Counted from the first letter of the stretch, positions 16,827-27,605 are shown. The stretch is DNA of 50,534 bases from Candidatus Heimdallarchaeota archaeon (GCA_016840095.1 JAEOSZ010000009.1:1-50534); one strand, 5' to 3'. Made by a program: numbers and translations. The notes: a model not told the origin generated them from the letters alone.

Positions 16827-17906
16827 CTATACATCCTCCTCTTGTATGGGAAAAGTTAACACACCCTCATTTAGTTCTTGTTCTTGAATTGTTTCCTTCT
16901 TATTCAAGGCTAAGAAAGCTAGAAAAGACTCTTTCAAACTAGGCATGTATGGAGCGATTTTGTATATCTCTCCACTAGCTCGTAAAATTAAGACTGTTAT
17001 TCGTGAAATAGTCTCATTAAGTGAGTATTCAATTGGTTTGATAGTTGCTTCATAAACAAAATTTAATCCATCATTTTCCTTAAGAGAAGTTATCTCTGCG
17101 CCAGCTGAATCTCTGACAAGTTTCCTGAAGATATCTGTTGGTAATTGAGACATTCTAAAACCATCTGTAGGTAGAGGTGGTAATGAGAAGATTAAATGGA
17201 CGTACTCTTGAACAGCCTTCTTCTTGAATACAGTAGGAGCACAATCCTGAACAATTTTTCCAGAATCTATCAATATCAATCTTGATGTTAACTCATCTAC
17301 TTCAGGAAAATTGTGACTTGTAAGAAGTATAGTGGTTCCAAATTCTCGGTTGAATTCATTAAGTAGATCTTTAGCTTTCTCTGAACTTTCAGCATCAAAA
17401 CCCAATGTAGGTTCATCTAGCAGAAGAACTTTGGGAAATGGAACCAAGGATCTGATAAGAAGGACTTTAGCTTTCATACCTGTAGATAGTTTCATTACAA
17501 GAGTATCTCTTTTATCTTCAAGGTCAAAATAATTTAGCAAAGACTGTATTCTCTTCTTTGCTACATTTTTACTTAATCCACTTAAAGTTCCATAAAACAT
17601 TAGATTATCATAAATTGAAAGCCTGTAGTATAGGCTTCTTCCACCTGATTCACCAAAAACAGCTCCAACTATCTGCCTAATCTTCTTGTCTTCGTTGATT
17701 GAAATACCATCAATGTAAGCTTCACCTGACGTAGGTATTAAGAGAGTTGTTAGGATTTTAGTGAGTGTAGTTTTGCCTGCCCCGTTTGGACCAAGAAGTC
17801 CTACAAATGATCCTTCCTTGATTTTTACTGATATGTCATTTAAAGCATCTATTTCTTTTCCCTTTTTTGTAAAACGTTTACATATCTCATCTATCTCTAT
17901 TGACAC
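16827..17906 (-). CDS. ABC exporter ATP-binding protein
   Basis: GPNGAGKT, signature LSTGMK, LLLDEPT and H-loop TSH. Confidence 0.95.
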   Translation of the reverse strand: MSIEIDEICKRFTKKGKEIDALNDISVKIKEGSFVGLLGPNGAGKTTLTKILTTLLIPTSGEAYIDGISINEDKKIRQIVGAVFGESGGRSLYYRLSIYDNLMFYGTLSGLSKNVAKKRIQSLLNYFDLEDKRDTLVMKLSTGMKAKVLLIRSLVPFPKVLLLDEPTLGFDAESSEKAKDLLNEFNREFGTTILLTSHNFPEVDELTSRLILIDSGKIVQDCAPTVFKKKAVQEYVHLIFSLPPLPTDGFRMSQLPTDIFRKLVRDSAGAEITSLKENDGLNFVYEATIKPIEYSLNETISRITVLILRASGEIYKIAPYMPSLKESFLAFLALNKKETIQEQELNEGVLTFPIQEEDV

Positions 17907-17956
17907 ATTAATTTACATAAACTGAAATATTTAAACGCCACAAAATGAAGATGAAA

Positions 17957-19333
17957 CTAGTTTTCTGATACATTGTCAATATTTTTCCAATCTGCTTTCT
18001 GGAAAATAACATAGAAAATGACTACTGCTATCAGTACAACACCTGTAATCCATGCAAATAACCAAGGATACACTGGAGAAATATTATACAAGAAAGTCGA
18101 CAAATATGTCGTTCCTGTAACTCCTAAGAAAAATCCTGTTGTTATCACAGAATAGATTACTGAGAAATGTGCTTTCGGTAATTCATACGTTAAAATCGTG
18201 AATACTACAGGGAAAAACAAGGCATGACCGATATTTTTGATGAATAATATGGCTGCATATGCAAAAGGATTATTTGGTACAAGATAAATTAACAAGTAAT
18301 TGAGCGTGATTATTATAGATGCAGCGACTAATAATGCTCTATTTGATTTTGGTTTATTTGAAATAATCCATCCTATGATAGGTGAAAGTAGAACAAAACT
18401 GAGCTGAGAAAGACCAATTATAGTACCAATCATTCTTTCTGAAAGGAAGAGGATATTTTTTCCATAAAGCGATATAACCGGATCTGTAATTCCTGATATA
18501 AATCCAAAAATTATAAAACTTAATGTAAAGAAAACAAAGGTTCTAGATTTGAATATCTTGAAATCTAGTTTTGTTTTTTGTCCTCTTTTAATATCAACTC
18601 TTCTAATGAAATGTATAGTTTCAGCTTTTCCTTTTATGAATAGAAGTTGAAACACACCTATTGCAAAAATAGCTACAATGAATCCACATAGAATCATTAC
18701 ATATCCTGGAAAGAAATCAAGAACGAATCCTAAACTTATTGCACCAACAAGAGTTCCTAATCTCCCAAAACTGGAAATCAGTGAGTTATACAATCCTTTG
18801 TATTTTGATTTCACATCAGATATCAGAGATCTACTACAGAGTCCAAAAACATTATTCGTTAATCTTAATATAACAAATAGTAACGCTAGCAAGGCAGTAT
18901 TATCTGTTATAATGAGCAGGCCTAAAGAACCAATCATAAAAATATACGATGTCATAATAGAAGGTTTTCTGCCGAATTTCTCCACTAACCATGCACTAGG
19001 GATTCTTCCTATTAAGCCAGCAAATGTATAAGCTGTAGCTATGATCCCCCACTTTACTAATACAGCTGATTCTATACCTGAAGTGAAATTTTCTAGATTA
19101 GCAGGAATAAAATCACTCATTGACATGAAGAAAGCATAATTTATCATTTGGTATGAGGTTCTTTCTTGCAGATAAAGTGGGAATAATTGTCTTATAGACA
19201 TATAGAGGGCAAAACTTAGAAACTGAGATGTGAAAAATGCTAATATTTCCTTTGTTTCAGGAGCTTTTAAGACGGCTCTGATATTCATTTGGACCTCAGA
19301 AGGTGGTGGAAGTTCAGCTTCTATAGGGGACAT
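17957..19333 (-). CDS. MFS transporter
   Basis: About 12 TM segments and motif A-like AWLVEKFGRK. Confidence 0.88.
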   Translation of the reverse strand: MSPIEAELPPPSEVQMNIRAVLKAPETKEILAFFTSQFLSFALYMSIRQLFPLYLQERTSYQMINYAFFMSMSDFIPANLENFTSGIESAVLVKWGIIATAYTFAGLIGRIPSAWLVEKFGRKPSIMTSYIFMIGSLGLLIITDNTALLALLFVILRLTNNVFGLCSRSLISDVKSKYKGLYNSLISSFGRLGTLVGAISLGFVLDFFPGYVMILCGFIVAIFAIGVFQLLFIKGKAETIHFIRRVDIKRGQKTKLDFKIFKSRTFVFFTLSFIIFGFISGITDPVISLYGKNILFLSERMIGTIIGLSQLSFVLLSPIIGWIISNKPKSNRALLVAASIIITLNYLLIYLVPNNPFAYAAILFIKNIGHALFFPVVFTILTYELPKAHFSVIYSVITTGFFLGVTGTTYLSTFLYNISPVYPWLFAWITGVVLIAVVIFYVIFQKADWKNIDNVSEN

Positions 19334-19409
19334 AGTTTCAACTCAGTTCTTTTTTGTAGTTTGTTTAACGGATAGAGAAGAATGTAGAAGTATAAAAAAT
19401 TCTTCATCT

Positions 19410-20303
19410 CTACAGTAATTTTTCATAGATTTTTTCAGTTAACTTATCAGCATCTTCTGAATTTGTTAAGATCTCAATTTCCTTAGCTGATTTAACGCCA
19501 AGATCAAGTTCTACTGCTCGTGCGATTTGTTCTTGTTCAAAGATTTTTCCTTCAGAAACTTCAGGAGTTGTTCCTAGGATTCTGAGTAAAGCTACTCCGA
19601 CTGCATCAATTGCAATTCTATCAGTTGACGCTAACATTACATTAGCTTCTTTCAATGTTCCCCTTGCAGGTCCTCCATCAACAAAAGCTGTGACACCATC
19701 TAAGACAATTAAATCAGGGTTAAATGCAGTATTTATTTCTGCCATCATTTTCCTAGCATTTGGAGAACTGTGCATTTCCCGCATGTAGGCATTTCCATTA
19801 AGATTCTTTTTTGGAACCAAACCTGTAGCATTTTTTATGCTTAAAGTGAAATGTCCCCCAAATTGATGTGTTTTCAAACAACAAGTTTCAACAATGCATT
19901 CAGCATTCTGATAGATTTTTGGGAATAAGAATCCGTCCTCCCAATGACTTTTTTCAGGTACAAATTTGATAAATTCTTCTAAGGGTAGTTCTGCTAAATT
20001 CACAACTTCAAAGTCTAATTCTTCTGCCATTTTGAAGATTCCTTTCTTCTCCATACATTCTCGAGAATCCTCTGGTCCACTTCTTTCTGCTAATATAATT
20101 GATTTAGCTCCCATTTCATAGATTCTGGTGATTAAAGCTTTTAGTACTATTTCAGAAGAGGAAGCTGGTGCAGGATCTGAAGTATTAAAATTAGGTTTCA
20201 GAACAACTTTCTTTCCCTTAACTGGGTTAATACCAAGTAAGTCTAAAACCTGATAGGTTCCTTTTTCCCTATCTTTAGTATACACTAGTGCAACTTGTGA
20301 CAT
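19410..20303 (-). CDS. DUF362 family protein
   Basis: VVLKPNF, LKTH...TLSIKN, VLDG and STDRIAIDAV motifs. The likely start is MSQV (20303). Confidence 0.85.
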   Translation of the reverse strand: MSQVALVYTKDREKGTYQVLDLLGINPVKGKKVVLKPNFNTSDPAPASSSEIVLKALITRIYEMGAKSIILAERSGPEDSRECMEKKGIFKMAEELDFEVVNLAELPLEEFIKFVPEKSHWEDGFLFPKIYQNAECIVETCCLKTHQFGGHFTLSIKNATGLVPKKNLNGNAYMREMHSSPNARKMMAEINTAFNPDLIVLDGVTAFVDGGPARGTLKEANVMLASTDRIAIDAVGVALLRILGTTPEVSEGKIFEQEQIARAVELDLGVKSAKEIEILTNSEDADKLTEKIYEKLL

Positions 20304-20406
20304 TGTTCTCTGAAGAGGTGAATATATTCCCATATATTAATTTCTTGGGTGTTAAGATTTTAGATTCCAACAACAAGATTAAAAAAAACCTCTCTAATTT
20401 TAATTC

Positions 20407-21984
20407 ATGAGTACAGAATTATTTGCAGATTTAGTCATCAAAAATGCTAATATCTGGACACTTGATGATAATAATCCAAGAGCAGAAGCTATTGCTATCT
20501 TTGCAGATACTATCTTAATAGTAACCACAACCAATGAAATAGAAAATTTAATTGGACCTTCTACTGAAGTATTAGATTTAAGTAATAATACAGTACTTCC
20601 AGGTTTCAATGATGCTCATACACACATTGCATGGAATGGAATGAATCGAGTGTATCTCGATTTGAGTAAGACCAAGAGCTTGAAAGAAGCTGTTAAACTT
20701 ATTGAAGATGAAATTAAGAAAAAGAATCCTGGAGAATGGATCATTGGTCGAGCTTGGGATCAAAGTAATTGGACTGAACAACGCTATATTACCGCTGCTG
20801 ATTTAGATCCAATTAGTCCGGAAAATCCTGTGAATTTACGTCATGTTTCAGGACACTTTGAAACTGTAAATAGTCTTGGTTATGAACGTTTAGGGTTATC
20901 TACAGATATGATGGGGGTCGATGTTGATGAAAATGGAGAACCCTTGGGAACTCTTAGGGATTTAGATCATTCTAAATTAGATCCAGAAAAAAGAAAAGAA
21001 CTTCGTCCTTCATTTGACGATTTTATTAAAGGTCTAAATTTTGGAATGGAAGAATGCTTAAGTCTAGGGATTACATCTGTTCATGATAATGTTACGTTCG
21101 AACTGTGGCCAGTATACAAACATCTAGCTAAGAATAACATGTTGAAAATTAGAATCTATGGAATAGTATACGAAGATATGATCGATGAAGTAATCAAGTT
21201 AGGTATTGATAGAAAGTATGGCAATAAATGGTTTAGAATTGGTGCTGTTAAACTAATGACTGATGGGGCTATCAGTTCTAGAACAGCATATCTTTACGAA
21301 GATTATTTTGATATGGAAGGAGAGAAAGGATTTGCTCTTTATGATGAAAATAGACTTGATGAGATGGTCATAAAAACTCATAACGCTAATCTCCAGCTAG
21401 CAGCTCATGCAATTGGTGATAAAGCAATTTCAAGGGTTATTTCAGCAATTGAGAAAAATATTGATCCAGAAGAATGCAAGCTTGCCTTACATAGAATTGA
21501 GCATGCTGAATTACTACTTGAAGAAGATGCTATTAGATCTAAGAAATATGGCTTAGTTATGTCTATGCAACCAAACTTCGTTTGGAGATGGGGAATGATT
21601 GATATTGGTGGGATGTATGAACAAAGACTTGGAAGAGAAAAAACTATGATTAACAATCCTTTCCGCTGGGTAGTAGACAATGACATGATAATAGCTTTTG
21701 GTAGTGATGGTATGCCCTTAGGTCCTCTATATGGTATAAAAGGTGCAATTTTCCATCCCAACGAAGAACAAAGATTAACACTTGAAGAAGCAATTAAAAG
21801 TTACACATACTATCCGGCTTTGGTTTCTGGAGAAGAGAGTATCAAAGGAAAACTAAAGAAAGGAATGTTAGCAGATTTAGTAATTCTAAATAAAAATTTG
21901 GATGAGATAGAATTAGAAGAATTTCATGATGTCGATGTTATGTACACAATTGTTGGAGGAAAAATAGCTTACAAAAAAGAGTGA
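20407..21984 (+). CDS. Amidohydrolase (YtcJ-like, amidohydrolase_3)
   Basis: PGFNDAHTH, KLMTDG, HAIGD, HRIEHA, QPNF, GSD and ADLVIL motifs. Confidence 0.92.
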   Translation: MSTELFADLVIKNANIWTLDDNNPRAEAIAIFADTILIVTTTNEIENLIGPSTEVLDLSNNTVLPGFNDAHTHIAWNGMNRVYLDLSKTKSLKEAVKLIEDEIKKKNPGEWIIGRAWDQSNWTEQRYITAADLDPISPENPVNLRHVSGHFETVNSLGYERLGLSTDMMGVDVDENGEPLGTLRDLDHSKLDPEKRKELRPSFDDFIKGLNFGMEECLSLGITSVHDNVTFELWPVYKHLAKNNMLKIRIYGIVYEDMIDEVIKLGIDRKYGNKWFRIGAVKLMTDGAISSRTAYLYEDYFDMEGEKGFALYDENRLDEMVIKTHNANLQLAAHAIGDKAISRVISAIEKNIDPEECKLALHRIEHAELLLEEDAIRSKKYGLVMSMQPNFVWRWGMIDIGGMYEQRLGREKTMINNPFRWVVDNDMIIAFGSDGMPLGPLYGIKGAIFHPNEEQRLTLEEAIKSYTYYPALVSGEESIKGKLKKGMLADLVILNKNLDEIELEEFHDVDVMYTIVGGKIAYKKE

Positions 21985-21992
21985 TAATTCAT

Positions 21993-23108
21993 TTAGAATT
22001 TCTTAACGATGATTGTTATAACATCACCATCTAGTACCACATGATCCAAACCTACACGCTGGTTTGGATGTTTTGCACTTTTGCCTGAAACAACTGCATA
22101 ACGAAACTGATTCTTAAAGCTTCTGTGGATTTTATCACAAACATCCCTAATAGTTGATTCTCTTTTAACAATGAGTGGTTCCTCATAATCTGTTTTGCTA
22201 CCTTGTTTCTTTAGGTAGATTTTGATCAACTCTAAACGTTCAATAATTTCATCTTTTAACTTCTCAATGTTTTCTCCAGTTAAAGCACTAATCATTATAA
22301 CGTCATCAATATTTTCTACTATCCTTCTCTTTTGTTTTTCAGATATGAGGTCGATTTTGTTGACTAAAATAAGCAATTTTGGATATACCCTGTTACCTTC
22401 TAAAACATCTATAAGTTCATCAATCGTTGGATCACATCTGACAGTTACAGCTGCATTCATGATTTTGTACTCTCGTAATATTCCAGTGAAAGTTTTTTCT
22501 GACATATGTGAAAGTTTGGCTAAAGTTGAGAGTGCGATCCCTCCTCGTTCCTTCTTCTTTATTCTAATATCTGGTTTCTTCTGACCAGGACGTATAGCTA
22601 CTTTGCGAAGTTCTGTCAAAACCTTATCAAGGTATTGAGTAGATTTGTTGGGATCTATCATAATAATGATCATATCCGCTCCTCTAGCTACTGCCAAAAT
22701 CTCCTTTCCTCTACCTTTACCCATACTGGCTTCTTCAATGATACCTGGAAGATCAATGATTTGTATTTGAGTTCCCTTGTGAAACAGTATACCTGGAATA
22801 GCAGTAGTTGTTGTAAATGCGTAATGACCAACTTTTGATTCTTTACTAGTAATACTAGAAATGAGAGTTGATTTACCCGTAGATGGAAAACCAATCAATA
22901 CAGCAGAACCATCACCAGCTTTCTTTACATCAAAACCATACCCTCCTCCTCCAGATTTAGAAGAAAATTGAAAATCCAACTTCTGTCGTCTGAGTTTTGC
23001 AAGCTTTGATTTCAGGATTCCAACATGATGTTCAGTAGACTTGTTCTTTTGAGTCCTTGATATTTGGTCTTCAATATCACGAATCTTCTCATCTATAGCG
23101 GAACTCAT
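21993..23108 (-). CDS. DRG/Rbg-family OBG GTPase with C-terminal TGS domain
   Basis: TQKNKSTEHH...KLAKLR, GFDVKK, GFPSTGKST, YAFTT, DLPGII, NKID and QRVGLDHVVLDGDV motifs. Confidence 0.95.
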   Translation of the reverse strand: MSSAIDEKIRDIEDQISRTQKNKSTEHHVGILKSKLAKLRRQKLDFQFSSKSGGGGYGFDVKKAGDGSAVLIGFPSTGKSTLISSITSKESKVGHYAFTTTTAIPGILFHKGTQIQIIDLPGIIEEASMGKGRGKEILAVARGADMIIIMIDPNKSTQYLDKVLTELRKVAIRPGQKKPDIRIKKKERGGIALSTLAKLSHMSEKTFTGILREYKIMNAAVTVRCDPTIDELIDVLEGNRVYPKLLILVNKIDLISEKQKRRIVENIDDVIMISALTGENIEKLKDEIIERLELIKIYLKKQGSKTDYEEPLIVKRESTIRDVCDKIHRSFKNQFRYAVVSGKSAKHPNQRVGLDHVVLDGDVITIIVKKF

Positions 23109-23360
23109 GTCTAAAACCTGATTTTAGGCTGTTTAATGATAATGAAACTGGAAAGTATTTAGATTTAACGATTAATGACGGCTTTTGTTTATATAGTGTA
23201 GATGTATGATTAATTCAGTAAAGAGATGAAAGAATAAGATGTTGTTAAAATGTAAATTTGTATTGATATATAAATGTTGTACTTATCTTTTCGTTAACCA
23301 AGCATTAAATTTAAATAATCTTTAATTTAGCTTATCTTGAAAATTAGGGGTGGTTTTCAT

Positions 23361-23642
23361 TTGACAGAAACACTTGAATTAAGTGAAGAAAAAGTAATAA
23401 TCGGATTAGCAAAAGCATTATCGTCTCCTACACGATTTAACATTGTTAAACTGCTACTTGATAAAGAAATGGATATATCAAGCATAGCTAAGAAAATGAA
23501 ACAAACTGAAGCAAATACTTCAGCTCAGATCAAGTATTTAGAGCGTGCGGGAGTATTAGATTCAAGATACGAACCAGGGGCTCATGGAGTTCGTAAAGTT
23601 TGTAAAACGAAAGTGAATAGAATTATACTAAATATAGTATAA
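23361..23642 (+). CDS. ArsR-family winged-helix transcriptional regulator
   Basis: KALSSPTRFNIVKLL...ISSIA...EANTSAQIKYLERAG. TTG 23361 follows an SD-like GGGGTGG. Confidence 0.85.
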   Translation: MTETLELSEEKVIIGLAKALSSPTRFNIVKLLLDKEMDISSIAKKMKQTEANTSAQIKYLERAGVLDSRYEPGAHGVRKVCKTKVNRIILNIV

Positions 23643-23656
23643 TTCCTTTATTCCCT

Positions 23657-24196
23657 TTATTTCTTTTCAGCTACAATCGCTATATCTTCTACTGAAAGTA
23701 ACCAAGTTTTATGTAGATTAAATCCTATTTTCTCTACAATCTCACTCAAGTTTTCAAGGTCAAATAATTTCTTTAATGCTGTTAAAACAACAAATTTCTT
23801 CTTTTTGATTATGAAGTAACATTCCTCGATTGTTTTTTGTGGGTTCTCTAGATTTTGTATAACCGATATACAAGTAACTAAATCACCACTTTTTTTTCTT
23901 AAAGGTAGATACTCGCTATCAGCACAGATAAAAAAACCATAATGATTTTTCTTTCTTCCTTCTTTCAGCATCTTGTATGATATATCTGTTATAATAGTTG
24001 TAAGATTTTTATTTTGTAAATAATCAAGAAGTAATCCTGTTCCTCCTCCAACGTCAATAATTGTTCCATTTTTCACCATTTCAATTTCTGAGAAAATTTC
24101 GAAATACTTCTGCTTCTGTATATCTCTATATCTTGCATCATAACGATTTGCAGTTGAATCGTATTTGTGCCTTACATCGTATTTCTTGTTACTCAT
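23657..24196 (-). CDS. Class I SAM-dependent methyltransferase
   Basis: IIDVGGGTG, DISYKML and ADSEYLP motifs. Confidence 0.85.
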   Translation of the reverse strand: MSNKKYDVRHKYDSTANRYDARYRDIQKQKYFEIFSEIEMVKNGTIIDVGGGTGLLLDYLQNKNLTTIITDISYKMLKEGRKKNHYGFFICADSEYLPLRKKSGDLVTCISVIQNLENPQKTIEECYFIIKKKKFVVLTALKKLFDLENLSEIVEKIGFNLHKTWLLSVEDIAIVAEKK

Positions 24197-24249
24197 TAAA
24201 TAGATATAAGAAAGAAAAGAATTTTAAGTCATACTCTTACAACATATTG

Positions 24250-25146
24250 ATGCCAATAAGTCTACGCGGAGCCAAAGTCCTGAAAGAACTCACTAATATG
24301 GATTTCAGGACATTGAATATGATTGAAACATTACTTCGTAAAGGAGAGTATGCTCCTGTAGACAAAATTGTCACTTATTCTGGCTATAGAGCTAAAGATG
24401 TTGAAATGATTCTATCGAAGTTAAACAAAATGAAATTAACTCGTAGATGGAAAGGTCAATTTATTGGTTATTCTCTAACTTTGTCAGGTTTTGATGCTCT
24501 TGCTCTAAATACTCTGTACAATAAGAAGATTGTTTATGGTGTAGGACAAGCAAGGGGAGTGGGTAAAGAAAGTGACATTTATCACGCTATTAATTTTGAA
24601 GAAATAGAAATTTTGCTTAAGATTAATAGAACAGGAAGGGCCAGTTTCCAACAAATTAAGAAAAGAAGAGACTTCTTAAAAAATAGATTTCATTATTCTA
24701 TGTTTTCTACAGCTGAAATTGCGGCAAAAAGAGAATATAAAATTTTGAAAGAATTACAGGATAAGGGCTTGCCTATCCCTGAAGTAAAAGGACACAATAG
24801 ACATATTATAGCTATGGAAAGTGTCGAAGGAAGAGAACTCGTTAATGTTCAATTTCTAAAGAAACCAATCAAAACCCTTGAGAGGATTATTGAATTTGCT
24901 AAGAGTCTATATCAGAAATACAACATAGTTCATGCGGATTTAACTGAATACAATATTCTTTATGACGAGGAAAATGGTGATATAACAATAATTGATTTTC
25001 CTCAAGCTGTTCAGATTGATCATCCAGAAGCTATCAACCTTCTAACAAGAGACTTTACTCATCTTCTAGATTACTTTGGCAAAAAATGGGGAATTACAAC
25101 CGATGAGGTTGATACCGTTATTGAATATATAGTAGGTAAAAAATAA
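24250..25146 (+). CDS. rio2: RIO2 serine/threonine kinase
   Basis: N-terminal wHTH (GYSLTLSGFDALAL), GVGKESDIY, HADLTEYNI and IIDFPQ. Start moved to ATG 24250 because the longer ORF overlaps the methyltransferase. Confidence 0.93.
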   Translation: MPISLRGAKVLKELTNMDFRTLNMIETLLRKGEYAPVDKIVTYSGYRAKDVEMILSKLNKMKLTRRWKGQFIGYSLTLSGFDALALNTLYNKKIVYGVGQARGVGKESDIYHAINFEEIEILLKINRTGRASFQQIKKRRDFLKNRFHYSMFSTAEIAAKREYKILKELQDKGLPIPEVKGHNRHIIAMESVEGRELVNVQFLKKPIKTLERIIEFAKSLYQKYNIVHADLTEYNILYDEENGDITIIDFPQAVQIDHPEAINLLTRDFTHLLDYFGKKWGITTDEVDTVIEYIVGKK

Positions 25147-25148
25147 AG

Positions 25149-27278
25149 GTGATAGAGATTTCAGATTCTGAGATAATAACTGTTGGTGTTGATATCTTAC
25201 CTCAAGCCTCAGCATCTAAGATAGCAAAGTATTCTGTCTGTGTTTATGATGTAACAAATGCTACTATTATTCAAAAGTACGAAAAAGTAAATCTACAAAA
25301 ATTGATAGGAATTGCAAGAAGTTCCCAAGCACATTATCTTGCAAGCGATAATATCTTTGAACTTGTAAAGAATCCATCTCAGATCCCTCATTTGTGTCTA
25401 CAACTACTCCCTAATACGAAATTAGTTCAAGTTACAGGTTCACCAATGCATGGGTTTACTCCACTAACCAAATTGATGAAACAACATGGACTAGATGTAT
25501 CTGGTAAGCTTTTTCCCTTAGCTGCTGCTGAAGCTTGTGCAATTCTAGCAGGTAAGAAATTGGGGTATATTATCGAACCATTTGAAAATGAAACCAAAGT
25601 TATTGTATCTCGATCTCGATCTAAAGGTTCTGGTGGTTGGTCTCAGAAACGTTACAGCAGATTATATGATACTACAGTTCATCAAGAAGCAAAGAAGATT
25701 GAGAGTATTTTGGTCGAAAAAAGACTTGATTTTGATAAGAGTGTTACAAGAAGTAAATTTGGTTCTCAGAAAGTTGTTTTTAGTATTTACTCTCCTATTT
25801 CAGAAATAACTAAGTTTGTGAAGAAGCAAAGAGGGGAGCTCTGTCAGGTAAAAATATTTCCTGTAAATAAGGAGAGAGTAGAATTCATACCTTTGTCACA
25901 GCAAGTGCAGTTGAAATCGTCATTAAGAAGGCTGATTGTAGGCATTGATCCAGGTTTGACAGTTGGGCTTTCAATCATGGATTTGAATGGCAGAATACTG
26001 AAAATTGGAAGCTATAGAGAAGCAAGTAGAGGTCAAATTATTCGTGAAATCACCAATTACGGAAAGCCTTCACTTATTTGTGTTGATGTATATCCTTATC
26101 CTTCTTATGTAGAAAAAATTTCTTCAACTTTAAATTCAAAATTATACACTCCTAGAAGTGTAATGACAGTTTCTGAAAAGAATGAAATCTCTAGAAAACT
26201 AGCTATGCAGCAAGGAGTCAATGTCAAGAATGCTCATCAAAGAGACTCACTTGCTTCTGCGTATAAGGGATATGTGAAATATAGAGCAGAATTTGAAAAA
26301 ATAGAACAAAAATATTATGACCAATATGATAGATCTTTAAGAGATGAAATTAAAGATCTAATGATTAAAGGAAGATCCCTTATTGATGCTGTTGAGGAAA
26401 TAAACAAATCACTTACTACCGAAATAGAAATCAAAAAAGATGCAACCAAACCAGTATCAGTGAAAAAACCAGCACCAGATATAGCTGAGATTAAAAGGGA
26501 AATTGATATTATTCAAGAACAATTGGACTGGGAGAGAAGAAAAAATACTGAGCTTTACTCTGAAATACAAGGATTGGAAGAAAAACTAGAGTATCTTCAA
26601 TTTAGACTTGATGAAGATAAAACTGAATATATTGAAAGGATTCAGAAAGAAAAAGCTTACATTATCCAGGAGAATCAAATCTCTCATTCTCAAGAAAGAA
26701 TCAGTCAACTAGAAAATGAAATTGAAAGATACATTGATCGGATTGATGAATTGAAAAAAGTTGTTTGGCTCAGAGGTCATAAAGGTTGGATTCCACTAAA
26801 AGTCATAAGAAAATTCACACAAGATGAGATAGAAAGAACTGCAGAAAACTATGGTTTAGGACCAGGAGATATAGTTCTTATTCTCGATACTACAGGTGGA
26901 GGAGGACAAACAGCTGAGAAGTTATTTTCATACAAGATTAAAGCAGTTATTGGAAATGTAGATCATCTTTCATATAATGCTAAGAAAAAATTCAGTGAAT
27001 CTCAAATACCCATGGCAGATTCCAAAGATGTTGAAATTATAAGAATTGATGAAATTGCTATTATAAAAGAAGATGATCTCAATACTTTAGTTACAGAAGC
27101 TCAAAAAGAAATTGATATAATAGTCACTGAAAAGAAGAAGAGTTTCTTAGATGGTTTAGTTGATGAGTACAGAAAAGAACGAGAAATAGAAATTCGTGAA
27201 CATGAAGAAGCTATTAGTCGTGAAAGAAGAAAGAGAGATTCATCTCATTTGGAAGATGAAAATGATGAGTCAGAGTAA
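25149..27278 (+). CDS. DUF460 / COG2433-like RNase H-fold and coiled-coil protein
   Basis: GVDI, LASDNIFEL, VQVTG, GGWSQKRY, IVGIDPGLTVG and HQRDSLA motifs, then a long coiled coil. Confidence 0.88.
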   Translation: MIEISDSEIITVGVDILPQASASKIAKYSVCVYDVTNATIIQKYEKVNLQKLIGIARSSQAHYLASDNIFELVKNPSQIPHLCLQLLPNTKLVQVTGSPMHGFTPLTKLMKQHGLDVSGKLFPLAAAEACAILAGKKLGYIIEPFENETKVIVSRSRSKGSGGWSQKRYSRLYDTTVHQEAKKIESILVEKRLDFDKSVTRSKFGSQKVVFSIYSPISEITKFVKKQRGELCQVKIFPVNKERVEFIPLSQQVQLKSSLRRLIVGIDPGLTVGLSIMDLNGRILKIGSYREASRGQIIREITNYGKPSLICVDVYPYPSYVEKISSTLNSKLYTPRSVMTVSEKNEISRKLAMQQGVNVKNAHQRDSLASAYKGYVKYRAEFEKIEQKYYDQYDRSLRDEIKDLMIKGRSLIDAVEEINKSLTTEIEIKKDATKPVSVKKPAPDIAEIKREIDIIQEQLDWERRKNTELYSEIQGLEEKLEYLQFRLDEDKTEYIERIQKEKAYIIQENQISHSQERISQLENEIERYIDRIDELKKVVWLRGHKGWIPLKVIRKFTQDEIERTAENYGLGPGDIVLILDTTGGGGQTAEKLFSYKIKAVIGNVDHLSYNAKKKFSESQIPMADSKDVEIIRIDEIAIIKEDDLNTLVTEAQKEIDIIVTEKKKSFLDGLVDEYRKEREIEIREHEEAISRERRKRDSSHLEDENDESE

Positions 27279-27281
27279 TTT

Positions 27282-27518
27282 TTATAGCTCATCAACTGCT
27301 AATTGTACTAAAAGGATGTTATTACCTCTAACAAAGATATTCCCATATCTTGAGACTTCTTCATCTGCAATTATTTCAATAGCGTCACTTAAGTGACAGT
27401 TCATATATTGATCAAAACTTTCCAGTTTTCCTTTGTATTTCACGTTGTCTTTTAGTCGAATGACTATGTATTGGCCAATTGCCTTTCTTAGAGAGTTAAT
27501 GGGAATGCTTCCGCTCAT
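27282..27518 (-). CDS. Sm-like archaeal protein (SmAP/LSm)
   Basis: Sm1 (GKLESFDQYMN) and Sm2 (IFVRGNNI) motifs. Confidence 0.93.
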   Translation of the reverse strand: MSGSIPINSLRKAIGQYIVIRLKDNVKYKGKLESFDQYMNCHLSDAIEIIADEEVSRYGNIFVRGNNILLVQLAVDEL

Positions 27519-27605
27519 AATATCCACAAACTTATTTTGCTATATCTCGACACGAGGATTGTAATTTAAAAAGCTTGCGTTTAATAATTTAACAAGCTCC
27601 GTTTA

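Noticed and set aside
24061-24249. 63-aa N-terminal extension of Rio2 in the ORF track
   Set aside because: It overlaps the opposite-strand methyltransferase, and Rio2 homology begins near ATG 24250.
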